In this document: piece after piece, positions 44,912 to 54,242 of the stretch
Position numbering within the stretch: position 1 is the first letter of the stretch
How the letters are laid out: every line of letters begins with the position of its first letter
Assembly: GCA_040880305.1 (NCBI GenBank)
Contig: JBBDIP010000059.1
Span: 226 to 64,225, forward strand
Reading direction: 5' to 3'
Source of the DNA: Bacillota bacterium
GTDB lineage: Bacteria; Bacillota; Sulfobacillia; Fermentithermobacillales; Fermentithermobacillaceae
Length of the DNA: 64,000 nucleotides
Notes under the pieces: generated by a model
What the model saw: the letters and a program-made list of their open reading frames with translations, nothing else
The model's database searches: none
What the model was told of the DNA's origin: nothing
Translations under genes and position numbers: made by a program

Positions 44912-45323
44912 GCGCGTCTTTGTCGACACGAACATTCTTGTGTATGCGCATGACTCTTGCGCTGGAGTGAAGCACCAACAGGCCAGGCAGACCATGCTGG
45001 AGCTGTGGGAGTCCGGTTGTGGGTGCCTGAGTGTGCAGGTGCTTCAGGAGTTCTACAACGCGGTCACCAGAAAGGTGCCGAAGCCGATAGGACGGTTTGA
45101 GGCGCAGATGATCATCCGGGATCTGGCAGCGTGGACTGTCCACTCGCCGATAGCGGAGGACATTCTCCAGGCCATTGAGATCCAGCAGAACCACGGCTTA
45201 TCTTTCTGGGATGCTATGATCGTGCGCAGCGCAGTGCAGTTGGTCTGCAGGCGCCTTCTCTCAGAGGATCTGAGCGCCGGGCAGCTGTACTCGGGCGTAC
45301 TGGTCGTCAATCCGTTCGCGTGA
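44898..45323 (+). CDS. vapC: PIN-domain toxin VapC
   Basis: 141 aa from ATG 44898 (RBS GGGAGGA). ..VFVDTNILVYA.. (first acidic residue), later ..SFWDAMIV... Confidence 0.8.
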   Translation: MTESERVFVDTNILVYAHDSCAGVKHQQARQTMLELWESGCGCLSVQVLQEFYNAVTRKVPKPIGRFEAQMIIRDLAAWTVHSPIAEDILQAIEIQQNHGLSFWDAMIVRSAVQLVCRRLLSEDLSAGQLYSGVLVVNPFA

Positions 45324-45360
45324 TCTTCCTACTCCTCGTTCCCCCACAGCCCGCGTGCAG

Positions 45361-46362
45361 TCACCAGGCCGATTCACGTTCTCTGTCTTTTCCCGCCCAC
45401 AGCACCCTGTCGTCGACGCCGCGGATGACCGAATAGCATACCGGCGTGAAATGCCTCAGCCAGAACCGGCTGCCGTGAATGTTGAAGGACTCGAAGTCTA
45501 CTGACACCCTGTGAAAGCCAGCGGACCTTACCTGATCCACCAGGCGGCCCAGCAGAGCCGACGCGATCCCACCGCTACGGAGATCCTCCTCGGTGTAGGC
45601 CCCGGTGATGGCGACTGTCCCTGGATCGTGGACGGCTTTGGCCGTCCCATCCCCTTCGGGCTGATACTGGATGTAGGAGACCGCTTCCCCTCCACGCATG
45701 GCAAGGAACAGGGCGTTCGAAGGATCTTCCAAGAATCGGGCCCTTTCCTCGCGGGAATCGAACTCCAAGAGAGGCATGAAAATGGGAGCCTGGGCCATGT
45801 ATCTCTGGTGGGCTTCCCTCAGGCGCACCACCTGATCGAGGTCGTCTATCGTGGCCCTGCGGATCTCGATCCCTTGAGGGATGGGGGCATTCACCGGGCT
45901 CAGGTCTCTGATCGCGTCCACGACTAGCATGCCGAAGCTGCTCCAGAACCAGGCGTCCAGTGCTTCCTTGTCGTGGGCAAAAAGAGTGATGGCATGAGTG
46001 AGGCAGCCGTTCTCCACCCAAGTCTTGGACAGGGTCTCGTAGAGATAGCGGTACACGAGCCCTCTGCTCTCACCCGAAGCGGCGTGGGACCATTCAGCCA
46101 CATAGGTCCCCCTGTGCCTGCCCCTTAAGTTGGGGACAGGCAAACCGAGAAGAAAGCCGGACATCCGGTCGCCCTCAAACGCGACAACACCGGGGGCTCT
46201 GGCGAGCCATTTTCGCAGTGACGCAGCGATTTGGTCTGTGTTCTCCGGTCGTTCGGTCAGTGTTGGGACTTTGCGCCTCTCCCGCTTGTAACCCTCGACC
46301 ACAAGGGCCGCAGCGTCCGCGAGGTGATCCTCGCGCAAACGTTCTATGAAGATATGACTCAC
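45361..46362 (-). CDS. tandem-domain GNAT N-acetyltransferase
   Basis: 333 aa, GTG start. Two acetyltransferase-like halves; the second carries the CoA-binding RSGGIASALL motif. Confidence 0.7.
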   Translation of the reverse strand: MSHIFIERLREDHLADAAALVVEGYKRERRKVPTLTERPENTDQIAASLRKWLARAPGVVAFEGDRMSGFLLGLPVPNLRGRHRGTYVAEWSHAASGESRGLVYRYLYETLSKTWVENGCLTHAITLFAHDKEALDAWFWSSFGMLVVDAIRDLSPVNAPIPQGIEIRRATIDDLDQVVRLREAHQRYMAQAPIFMPLLEFDSREERARFLEDPSNALFLAMRGGEAVSYIQYQPEGDGTAKAVHDPGTVAITGAYTEEDLRSGGIASALLGRLVDQVRSAGFHRVSVDFESFNIHGSRFWLRHFTPVCYSVIRGVDDRVLWAGKDRERESAW

Positions 46363-46417
46363 AGATCAGTTTCCTTTCGGGGGGAGCCCCCTGTTCTTGT
46401 CTAGGCTAACCATGATA

Positions 46418-46924
46418 TCACGCGATGCGAGCAAACCGCCTCGCAGCCCACTTAGCGCCGTTCTCGATCGACTGGCGCAATCGCGCATAGCCCCTGGCCG
46501 ATAGGCCGACTCGGACCAGTTCGAGCCTCTTGAGCATAAACGCGGGATCGCGGCCCGCCAGCCTCATCACCGTATCGTGGGCGCGGTTCTGGATCCCGCC
46601 CTGCTCATACCTGTGGATCGTGATGCGCCCCCACCCTAGAATGCGTGCCATCGCACGCTGGGATATCCCGTACAAGGTCCTTATGCCGGCGATTTGCGAC
46701 CCAGTGAGCAGGCCGTGGGCCCTGCGGTAAGCGTTGCAGGCCGCATGACGCTGGAAGCGGTCCAGCTTCTCGTAGGGGACCACAGTCAGGCAGTGGGGGC
46801 AGATGGCGACCGCCACCTGCACGGTGTACACTTCGCCCTTGATAAGGTAGTCCTTCATGCAAACTTCGGTTTGCAGGACTCTCTCCTTGTTGCAGTGCTC
46901 GCAGAATCCTCGCAGAACGGTCAC
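46418..46924 (-). CDS. MqsA/YgiT-type antitoxin-like regulator (Zn finger + XRE HTH)
   Basis: 168 aa. CEHC...CPHC zinc ribbon, then ..LTGSQIAGIRTLYGISQRAMARILGWGRITIHRYEQG.. HTH. Confidence 0.75.
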   Translation of the reverse strand: MTVLRGFCEHCNKERVLQTEVCMKDYLIKGEVYTVQVAVAICPHCLTVVPYEKLDRFQRHAACNAYRRAHGLLTGSQIAGIRTLYGISQRAMARILGWGRITIHRYEQGGIQNRAHDTVMRLAGRDPAFMLKRLELVRVGLSARGYARLRQSIENGAKWAARRFARIA

Positions 46925-47042
46925 TCCTTTGTGGCTGGGCGCGGATCATGTCGATTATGGTGAGCAGTTGCCGCCGGAATTGCGGGGCGGGAGGTGATGT
47001 ATGTCGATTTCGCCCAAAACTGTTGCTACCAAATGATAGCAG

Positions 47043-47072
47043 TAAATTTCTCCCAAAAGCAATACACAGTCC
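47043..47072 (-). promoter_or_regulatory. candidate promoter with overlapping imperfect palindrome upstream of the MqsA-like gene
   Basis: Minus strand TTGCTT (47072-47067), 18-nt spacer, TATCAT (47048-47043). The imperfect palindrome TGCTATCAtttgGTAGCA overlaps the -10. Confidence 0.3.
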
Positions 47073-47205
47073 CTCGGACAACGAGCCGCCCGCAGAGGGC
47101 TGCGCGCAACGGGCCCCGCCGGCGGCGAGGCCCACTCATCGGATAGTTTTATGGGTTTACCAGCGCTTCCTGCGACGGTCAAAGCCCGCAGCTAGAGCGC
47201 CAATC

Positions 47206-48570
47206 CTACTTCTCGGCAAGCCTTTCGACGAATTCCGCCGCCATCTTGATGCCCTGCCTGTAGTCCACAAGACGGATGTTCTCGTTGGGGCCATGGTTGC
47301 CCGACGCCCAGTATCCAACCCCGAACGCCACCATGGGGAGGTCCAGGTACTGCTTGAAGGGGTGCATGGGGCCAGACCCGCCCTGGGTGGGAGCGATGGA
47401 CGCAGGCTTACCGTAAACGGCCAGAGCCGCTTCCTCCGCCGCCTTGACCACCGCGTGGTCAGATGTGGTCTTGACCGGGTAGTCCATGGTGATGACGCGG
47501 ACCTTCACGTCGTCGAAGCCGTTCTGGTCGAGGTGCTTACGAAGTTTTTGGTAGATGTCGTCGGGGTCCTGATTGGGGACCAGGCGGAAGTCCATCTTGA
47601 CCAGCGCTTTGGCGGGAAGGACCGTCTTTTGGCCTTCGCCGATGTAACCGCTCCTAAAACCGCAGATGTTGGCGGTGGGGCTGAACAAAGAGTGTTTCCT
47701 CAGTTCAAGACCGCTAAGGTCAAGGAGGGGAGAGTGGATCCCGACCTGTCCTGCGCCTTGCGCCGCACTGCGCCCTTCCTCCGCTGCCTTGAGGAGCGCC
47801 ATCTCGGACTCGGTGGGAGGGAGGACGGCGTCGTAGAAGCCGGGGATCAGCACCTTCTCGTTCTGGTCCTTGATGGTCGACAACGCCCAGACCAAGCGCC
47901 ACGCGGGATTGGGAACGGTGGCCGCGCTGCCCGAGTGCATGTCCCTGGAGGCTCCCTGGGCGTCGAGTTCGACGTAGAGGATGCCCTTCACGCCCAGGTA
48001 CATCCCGGGACGCCCGTCCGACCCCATGTAGCCCGACTCCCAGACGCCGTAGTCTGCCTTCAGGAGGTCGCGGTTGTCTCTTATGAACTCAGATAGGTGG
48101 GTGGAGCCGATTTCCTCTTCGCCCTCGATGAGGAACTTCACGTTCATGGGGAGCCTGCCGCGGAGCTTTCGGAGCGTCCCGACCGCCTGGATGCGGGCGC
48201 AAGCGTTGCCCTTGTTGTCGGACACGCCGCGGGCGAAGATCTTGCCATCGCGTATCTCGCCTGAGAACGGTTCGGAGACCCACTCGTCCAGGGGGTCAGG
48301 CGGCTGAACATCGTAGTGGTCGTAGAAGAGGACGGTCTTGTCGGACTCGCCCTTTATCTCGCCGTATACAACGGGATGGCCCTTGGTAGCGATGATCCGC
48401 GCCGAGATCCCGTACTTTTCCAACAGACCCCTGAAGTGCTCCGCCGCCTCGGTCATGCCGATGTTCTGCGCAGCTATGCTGGGCTTTTGGACGGCCGCCC
48501 GGAGCTCCGACACGAATTCTTCGAAGTGATCGTCTATGTAGGCGGAATTGCTCTTGCCATCTTGTGCCAA
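47206..48570 (-). CDS. M20-family dipeptidase
   Basis: 455 aa from TTG 48570 (RBS GGGAGG, 8-nt spacing). ..FYDHYDVQPPDPLDEW.., RGVSDNKG, EGEEEIGS. Confidence 0.85.
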   Translation of the reverse strand: MAQDGKSNSAYIDDHFEEFVSELRAAVQKPSIAAQNIGMTEAAEHFRGLLEKYGISARIIATKGHPVVYGEIKGESDKTVLFYDHYDVQPPDPLDEWVSEPFSGEIRDGKIFARGVSDNKGNACARIQAVGTLRKLRGRLPMNVKFLIEGEEEIGSTHLSEFIRDNRDLLKADYGVWESGYMGSDGRPGMYLGVKGILYVELDAQGASRDMHSGSAATVPNPAWRLVWALSTIKDQNEKVLIPGFYDAVLPPTESEMALLKAAEEGRSAAQGAGQVGIHSPLLDLSGLELRKHSLFSPTANICGFRSGYIGEGQKTVLPAKALVKMDFRLVPNQDPDDIYQKLRKHLDQNGFDDVKVRVITMDYPVKTTSDHAVVKAAEEAALAVYGKPASIAPTQGGSGPMHPFKQYLDLPMVAFGVGYWASGNHGPNENIRLVDYRQGIKMAAEFVERLAEK

Positions 48571-48714
48571 GGAAGATGCCTCCCTGTCAGGATTTCTTCC
48601 GGTATTCTTCCTCAGAACGCGTCGATATCCTTCTGCCCCGACATCCCTCCGGGTTGCCCGGCCTATGCAGGTCATATACAGTAAAGGGGCGAGAAATGCG
48701 TGAGGTGACCCATC

Positions 48715-49536
48715 ATGACCGTGGAATTGGCCGCTCTGACCGGGTACTGGGCCGCCACAGCCAAGATAGCGGCAGTGCTCGTCTTAGCCTCCGTCGTCGT
48801 AAGACTTGGCGATTCCCTCATAGCTCGGCTTCTACAGACGGCTTCCAAGGGCCGGACCTTGCACGTGTCCGACAGCCGCAGCAAGACGCTGGCTGGCCTC
48901 CTGCGCAGCGCCCTTCGGTACACCATGGGGACAGTCTTCCTGCTTACCGCCCTTGACCTTGTAGGCATTGACACCAGGGCGCTCCTGGGTGGAGCGGCCA
49001 TTTTCGGAGTCGCCATAGGCTTTGGGGCGCAAAACCTGGTTCGCGACATCATCACAGGCTTTTTCATCATATATGAGCGGCAGTACGACGTGGGCGACTA
49101 CGTGAGCGCCGCGGGGGTTTCAGGGACCGTGGAGGAGATCGGCCTGCGCACTACCCGCCTCCGTGACTGGAGCGGCGACGTCCACGTCATCCCCAACGGG
49201 CTTATCGACAAGACAACCAACAGGAGCAGGTCCGGGTCTCGCGCCCTGGTCGACGTCACTTTGGCACACGAGGTCGACGCCCGCAAAGCGATTGCCGTCA
49301 TGCAGGCCGCTTGCGACGAGATTGCGCGCGAACACCTTGTGATCACTGACGGGCCGGTTGTGCTGGGCATATCCAGCCTGGAGCCCGCAGGCGTGGTCAT
49401 CCAGGTCTGGGCCCGCACCAAACCCTTGGAGCACTTCGCCATTGAGCGGGAGATCCGCCTGCGGATCAAGGAAGCCTTGCAGAGCGCCGGCATCGAGATG
49501 GCGCACCAGTTGGTCACGGTCATCCCACATGGGTGA
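48715..49536 (+). CDS. small-conductance mechanosensitive channel (MscS family)
   Basis: 273 aa. ..GGAAIFGVAIGFGAQNLVRDIITGFFIIYERQYDVGDYV... Confidence 0.88.
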   Translation: MTVELAALTGYWAATAKIAAVLVLASVVVRLGDSLIARLLQTASKGRTLHVSDSRSKTLAGLLRSALRYTMGTVFLLTALDLVGIDTRALLGGAAIFGVAIGFGAQNLVRDIITGFFIIYERQYDVGDYVSAAGVSGTVEEIGLRTTRLRDWSGDVHVIPNGLIDKTTNRSRSGSRALVDVTLAHEVDARKAIAVMQAACDEIAREHLVITDGPVVLGISSLEPAGVVIQVWARTKPLEHFAIEREIRLRIKEALQSAGIEMAHQLVTVIPHG

Positions 49537-50401
49537 GTCCTTGGCTATCGCCCTCACCGGCCTTCAGCAAGGGACCATCATCTACCGGCCCAACCGTTTC
49601 GTGGCCGTGGTCCGCCTTGGCGACCAGGAGTTCCTCGCCCATGTGGCCGACTCCGGGCGTCTGAAGGAACTCCTATTCCCTGGGAACCAGGTGATGGTGA
49701 GGAAGGCAGGTCGGGCAGGCGCACCCGCGACCGTCCCGGCCGATTGCTCTCAGCGAAAGACCCCTTACGATCTGGTACTGGCCTCCGCCCGCACAGCGGC
49801 ATCCAGCAACACAGCAGTCCACGACCGCTCCGGCAAGCCAATCTGGGTTTCTGTGGATACGCGATACCCAAATCAGATCTTTGGACAAGCCCTGCGTGCC
49901 CGTGCTATCTGCGAGGTGGATGGAGGCGGAGAAGTCCGGTCTGAGTACTGGTACCACCACCTCTCACCTTGGAAGGAAGAGGTTGAGCGGGAGGCCCTCC
50001 AAGGCGCGGCTGTCTCCAGGGCGGTCAGGAGCCGCATGGACTTTTTCCTGGGCGGCGTTCCAGGCGCATCCCCCGGGCTGGTTGAAGTGAAATCGGTCAC
50101 CCTGTGTAGGGAGGGTATCGGGTTCTTCCCGGATGCCACAACGGACAGGGGGACCCGCCACCTGCGCGAACTCATGCGGGGCGTCAAAGAAGGGTATCGG
50201 GCGTACGCTGTGTTCATCGCCCAGCGCGAGGACATCGGAGTGGTGAAGCCTAACCGGGAGATGGACCCCGCTTTCGCCGACGCATTGAAAGAAGCCCAGG
50301 ATAGTGGCGTGCGCCTCCTGGGCTTCCGCTGTTCGGTTACTCCGACAGAGATCCGGCTGGACCCCAGGGCCATCCCTGTCGATGCAAGAGCAGACCGTTA
50401 A
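49529..50401 (+). CDS. sfsA: SfsA-family nuclease-fold protein (sugar fermentation stimulation protein A)
   Basis: 290 aa from ATG 49529 (overlaps the mscS end). ..GTIIYRPNRFVAVVRLGDQEFLAHVADSGRLKELL.., ..VEVKSVTL... Confidence 0.8.
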   Translation: MGESLAIALTGLQQGTIIYRPNRFVAVVRLGDQEFLAHVADSGRLKELLFPGNQVMVRKAGRAGAPATVPADCSQRKTPYDLVLASARTAASSNTAVHDRSGKPIWVSVDTRYPNQIFGQALRARAICEVDGGGEVRSEYWYHHLSPWKEEVEREALQGAAVSRAVRSRMDFFLGGVPGASPGLVEVKSVTLCREGIGFFPDATTDRGTRHLRELMRGVKEGYRAYAVFIAQREDIGVVKPNREMDPAFADALKEAQDSGVRLLGFRCSVTPTEIRLDPRAIPVDARADR

Positions 50402-50409
50402 GCTGTCAG

Positions 50410-51066
50410 CTAATACCCCAGCTTCTCTCCAACCACTATCACCACAAACTGGTCCTTGGCGCCCGGCTTGCCCTCGATGATGGTGGTGATGCGGCACGAC
50501 TTGGAAGTGCATGCGTCGCACTCTCCGCCTTCCACGCAAGGGACGTTGGCGTTCAGTCTTCTGTAGTTCACCGGGGCCGCGTATCTCCTGATGCGGCGGA
50601 TGGCCGCGCGGACGTCAGGCACTATCTTGTTGTAGCCGCAAACGACCACGCTGACTTTGGGCCCCATGATCATGGCGCCGACGCGGTTTCCCGTCCCATC
50701 GGTGTTGACCAGGGCGCCGTCCATTGTGACCGCGTTGGTGCTGGAGAGGAACACGTCCGCCCTGACCTGGTTATCCCTGGCCGCCACTTTCTCGGCAGGG
50801 GAGAGGGTCGCGTCCCAGTGGTCGTAGACCGTGTTGCCCCGCTCCTTCAAGGACTCGTGGATCCCCAGTTCACGGACCGTCACCGAGCCGCCTATCCCTA
50901 CCGAGGCTCCCGCGGGGATCGCTTCCAGCGCGATCCGCTTGGCTTCGTCCCTGGTCTCGACGTAGTGGGCGGTGAAGCCGTTCTTGCGCAGGGCCTCCAC
51001 GCATTTCTCCGCGGTCCTCCTGTTGAACCACTTTTCCGGCTCGTACATCGGGTTATCTGGAGCCAT
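50410..51066 (-). CDS. LUD-domain (lactate-utilisation YkgG-like) protein
   Basis: 218 aa, RBS GAAGGTGAGG. ..GASVGIGGSVTVRELG.., SSTNAVTMDGALVNTDGTGNRV. Confidence 0.75.
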   Translation of the reverse strand: MAPDNPMYEPEKWFNRRTAEKCVEALRKNGFTAHYVETRDEAKRIALEAIPAGASVGIGGSVTVRELGIHESLKERGNTVYDHWDATLSPAEKVAARDNQVRADVFLSSTNAVTMDGALVNTDGTGNRVGAMIMGPKVSVVVCGYNKIVPDVRAAIRRIRRYAAPVNYRRLNANVPCVEGGECDACTSKSCRITTIIEGKPGAKDQFVVIVVGEKLGY

Positions 51067-51110
51067 ATGGTTTTACCTCACCTTCAGATCCTCTGACCGT
51101 ACAGTCCAAC

Positions 51111-51965
51111 CTAGACCAGGTTCAGGTACTCAGCTATATTGGCCTTGTCGACCTTAACCGGCGTTATCTTGTTGTTGAGCGCCGTCACGAGACTGGTGAC
51201 GCCGGGACCGTGGCCGGACACGAACGAGTTGGAGTGGACCACGATGCCGATGATGACGGCGCCGCGCCGGTAGCTTCTCCCGTAGAAGGAGGACGAATCC
51301 GCGATAGCGACGATGTCGCCGAAGCGGATCTTGTCCAGTCCCAGTTCGTGGACCCTTTCAGTCTCCATGGAGGTGATGTCGTAGTCGCCCTTCTCGGCAG
51401 ATGAGGCGCCCAGGCCGCTGCCCATAAACTCGGCCGGGACGATGTGCGCGACCGGCACCTCCAGCACCCCGTCCTTCTCCACGATCCCCATCTTGTGCAG
51501 GAGGCCGGGATCGGTGTTAATGACCTTGACGTCGGAGTGGTCCGGCAGCTCCAGCCCCTGCCCGTAGCTCCTGACCTGGATCTGGTCGCCGACCTTCATT
51601 TTCTCCAGGTCGTCCTTGGGGAAGTAGATCAGGACGTGCTCGATGCCGCCGTGCTTGCCGGTGACGACGCCTTTGGCGCCCTTGGCGTCGCCCGACCACA
51701 CGACGGCGGTGTTGCCGATGCAGGAGAGGGTGTTGTAGCCCGAGTTGGCCTTCTCGTCCTTATTCTTGCTGCTCACGCCGGGTTCGACGTGGTCGCCGGC
51801 CCAGCCGAACGCGGGGTCGCCGATCTTCACGTTGTAGGTGATCCCGCCTGTGCCTGGGGTGACGCGGACGACCCCGTCATAGCAAATGCGCGGGTTGGAG
51901 GCAGGCGCCGAAATCTCGCCCGCCACCGAAAGCATGACCAACTTGTCTTCATTGGTTCTCAGCAT
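51111..51965 (-). CDS. conserved hypothetical protein (DUF4438-like)
   Basis: 284 aa, RBS GAGGAGGAG. MLRTNEDKLVMLSVAGEI.. resembles DUF4438 proteins from memory; no function known. Confidence 0.6.
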   Translation of the reverse strand: MLRTNEDKLVMLSVAGEISAPASNPRICYDGVVRVTPGTGGITYNVKIGDPAFGWAGDHVEPGVSSKNKDEKANSGYNTLSCIGNTAVVWSGDAKGAKGVVTGKHGGIEHVLIYFPKDDLEKMKVGDQIQVRSYGQGLELPDHSDVKVINTDPGLLHKMGIVEKDGVLEVPVAHIVPAEFMGSGLGASSAEKGDYDITSMETERVHELGLDKIRFGDIVAIADSSSFYGRSYRRGAVIIGIVVHSNSFVSGHGPGVTSLVTALNNKITPVKVDKANIAEYLNLV

Positions 51966-52002
51966 CCATGCTCCTCCTCTACAGCCTTTGCTCCTCTTGC
52001 CT

Positions 52003-54066
52003 CTACAGCGCCGGCTCGTAATCCGCGGCGTTCTTCTTTATGTGCTCGTCGCACCACCGGATGATGTGGTTTAGCCTGGAGACCCTGAGCACGGGCTTTC
52101 CGCTCCGTGACAGCTCGTGGCTGGAGCCGGGGAACCTCACCATCTCGACTTCCTTCTTGAGCTTCTTGAGGGCGATGTAGAACTGCTCTCCCTGCTCGAT
52201 GGGGCATCGCATGTCATTCTCGCTGTGGATGAGCATTAGCGGCGTCGTGACGTTCCGGACGTACTTCAAAGGCGAGTGGAACCACAGTTTGTCGAGGTCG
52301 TTGAAGAAGTCGCCCTGGACTTCGCGGTCTACGAAGGTGTATCCGATGTCGGAAACGCCGTGGAACGACACAAAGTTGGAGATGCTGCGCATGGTGACGG
52401 CGGCCGCGAACCTGCCGGTGTGGCCTACGATCCAGTTGGTCATGAATCCGCCGTAGCTTCCGCCGCCCACGGCCAGTTTGGTCTCATCGATCCAGCCGGT
52501 GTGCTTCACGGCGACGTCGGTCCAGATCATGAGGTCCTTGTAGTCCTTGCCGCCGTAGTCTCCGTTGACCGCGGCCTCAAACTGCTGGCCGAAGCCGGAT
52601 CCGCCCCTGGGGTTGGTGTAGACCACGCCGTACCCCTTGTTGGCCAGCAGCTGGAACTCGAAGAAGAAGCTGTAGCCGAACATGGAGTGAGGCCCGCCGT
52701 GAATCTCCAGGAACGCCGGGTATTTCACGCCTTCCTTCCAGCCCACGGGCTTCATTATCCAGCCATACTCCTGCCAGCCCTCCAGCGCCTTGAAAGGCAC
52801 CGTCTCAGGGGCGATGATGTAAACCTCGTCGAGTAGGGCCTTGTTGGCCTGCGTGAGGACCTTCTCGGTCTTGGTGGACAGGTCGTAGGACCCGATCTCG
52901 CCCGGGAGAGTGGGCTCGGTGACGACGAACGCGACCTTCTGGCACGAATCGTCCATGGTGAAGCCGTAGATCTCCCTATCGCCGTCCATGACCACCGTGA
53001 CCTCACCGCCATCCGCCGGGACGGTGTACAGCGAGGTCTTGCCCATGTCGCTGGCCAGGAAGTACAGCGTTTTCCCATCGGGGGTGACCCTGGGGCCGTT
53101 CTCACCGGCGCCCAGTTTGGAGTCGCCGGCGCAGTGGTCGCCGATGCCCCGGTCGAATCCGGCGGTCAGGCAGACGGGCTCGCCGCCCTCAACGCTGATC
53201 TTCCACAGTCTGCGCAGCGTCGCCGAGGGGGCCGCCTCCCACTCCTCGTGGTGGCCCGCAAAGATGATTGACTTGCCGTCCGGGGTCCAGACGGGACCGT
53301 GAGCGGGGCCGTTGCTGGCGGTCAGCTTGCGCATCTCGCCGCCCTCGGCCGGCATCACGTAGATGTCAGAGAACCAGCCCTGGTACTCGTGGTCGGGACT
53401 TCTGTTGCTGGCGAAGGCCAGGTACTTGCCGTCGGGAGACCACGCGGCGCCCATGTGGCTGAACTCGCCTGTGGTGACCATCTTGGCAGAGTCCTTACCC
53501 TCGGCGTCCGTGACAAAGATGTGCATCTGCCGGTTGCCCACAAGGCCCATAGCCATGTCGGCCTTCACGCGCAGGTTCTTGAGGACCTTGGGTTCCTCGC
53601 GGCGCTTTTTCTCCTCGGCCTCCTTGGCCTTGGCGTCCAGGGGCTTCTCCCAGTCCTCGGGCTTGACCTCGGGGTCGATGGAGGCGTTGAAGGCGATCTT
53701 GCTGCCGTCTGGCGACCAGACGGGAGTGCCGGCGCCCCAGCGAAACTTGGTTACCTGGCTCGCCTCGCCACCTTTGGTGGAGACGACGTAGACCTGCTTG
53801 CCCACGCCTCTGTCCGACAGAAACGCGATCTTGCTTCCGTCAGGGGACCAGCGCGGGGAGTTGTCGGTCGTCGGGCCGGAGGTATACTGCCTGGGCTCGC
53901 CGCCCGCGGTTGGGGCCATCCATATGCTGGAACGATATTCCTTGGTCTCCTCGTCAATGTGGGACTTGACAAACGCTACGTTCTTGCCGTCGGGCGAAAT
54001 CTGCGGATCCGATACGAAAACTAGTTTGTACAGGTCTTCGGCGACAAGTCTCCTCTTCTCTGCCAT
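52003..54066 (-). CDS. S9-family serine peptidase (beta-propeller + alpha/beta hydrolase)
   Basis: 687 aa. Repeated SPDGK/WSPDG propeller motifs; nucleophile GGSYGG; RBS AAGGAGGAA. Confidence 0.9.
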   Translation of the reverse strand: MAEKRRLVAEDLYKLVFVSDPQISPDGKNVAFVKSHIDEETKEYRSSIWMAPTAGGEPRQYTSGPTTDNSPRWSPDGSKIAFLSDRGVGKQVYVVSTKGGEASQVTKFRWGAGTPVWSPDGSKIAFNASIDPEVKPEDWEKPLDAKAKEAEEKKRREEPKVLKNLRVKADMAMGLVGNRQMHIFVTDAEGKDSAKMVTTGEFSHMGAAWSPDGKYLAFASNRSPDHEYQGWFSDIYVMPAEGGEMRKLTASNGPAHGPVWTPDGKSIIFAGHHEEWEAAPSATLRRLWKISVEGGEPVCLTAGFDRGIGDHCAGDSKLGAGENGPRVTPDGKTLYFLASDMGKTSLYTVPADGGEVTVVMDGDREIYGFTMDDSCQKVAFVVTEPTLPGEIGSYDLSTKTEKVLTQANKALLDEVYIIAPETVPFKALEGWQEYGWIMKPVGWKEGVKYPAFLEIHGGPHSMFGYSFFFEFQLLANKGYGVVYTNPRGGSGFGQQFEAAVNGDYGGKDYKDLMIWTDVAVKHTGWIDETKLAVGGGSYGGFMTNWIVGHTGRFAAAVTMRSISNFVSFHGVSDIGYTFVDREVQGDFFNDLDKLWFHSPLKYVRNVTTPLMLIHSENDMRCPIEQGEQFYIALKKLKKEVEMVRFPGSSHELSRSGKPVLRVSRLNHIIRWCDEHIKKNAADYEPAL

Positions 54067-54242
54067 GCGGGTTCCTCCTTGTATATGTAGATGGGCCGTG
54101 GAATTCGTTAGAACAGATTCAGCATTCCCCGCGCGAATACCTTCCGTAGGCGAAGATCTACGTCAAGGAAGTGGAGCCGGGATGTCGAATCCATCGTTAG
54201 ATGAAACGCTCCAATGCCTGTCCAAACGGAGGTAAATTACCG

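Noticed and set aside
46948-48096. 382-aa plus-strand ORF from the track
   Set aside because: It is antisense to a well-supported M20 dipeptidase gene. The translation is Arg/Gly/Pro/Val-rich with no motifs, which is typical of off-frame open reading in GC-rich DNA.
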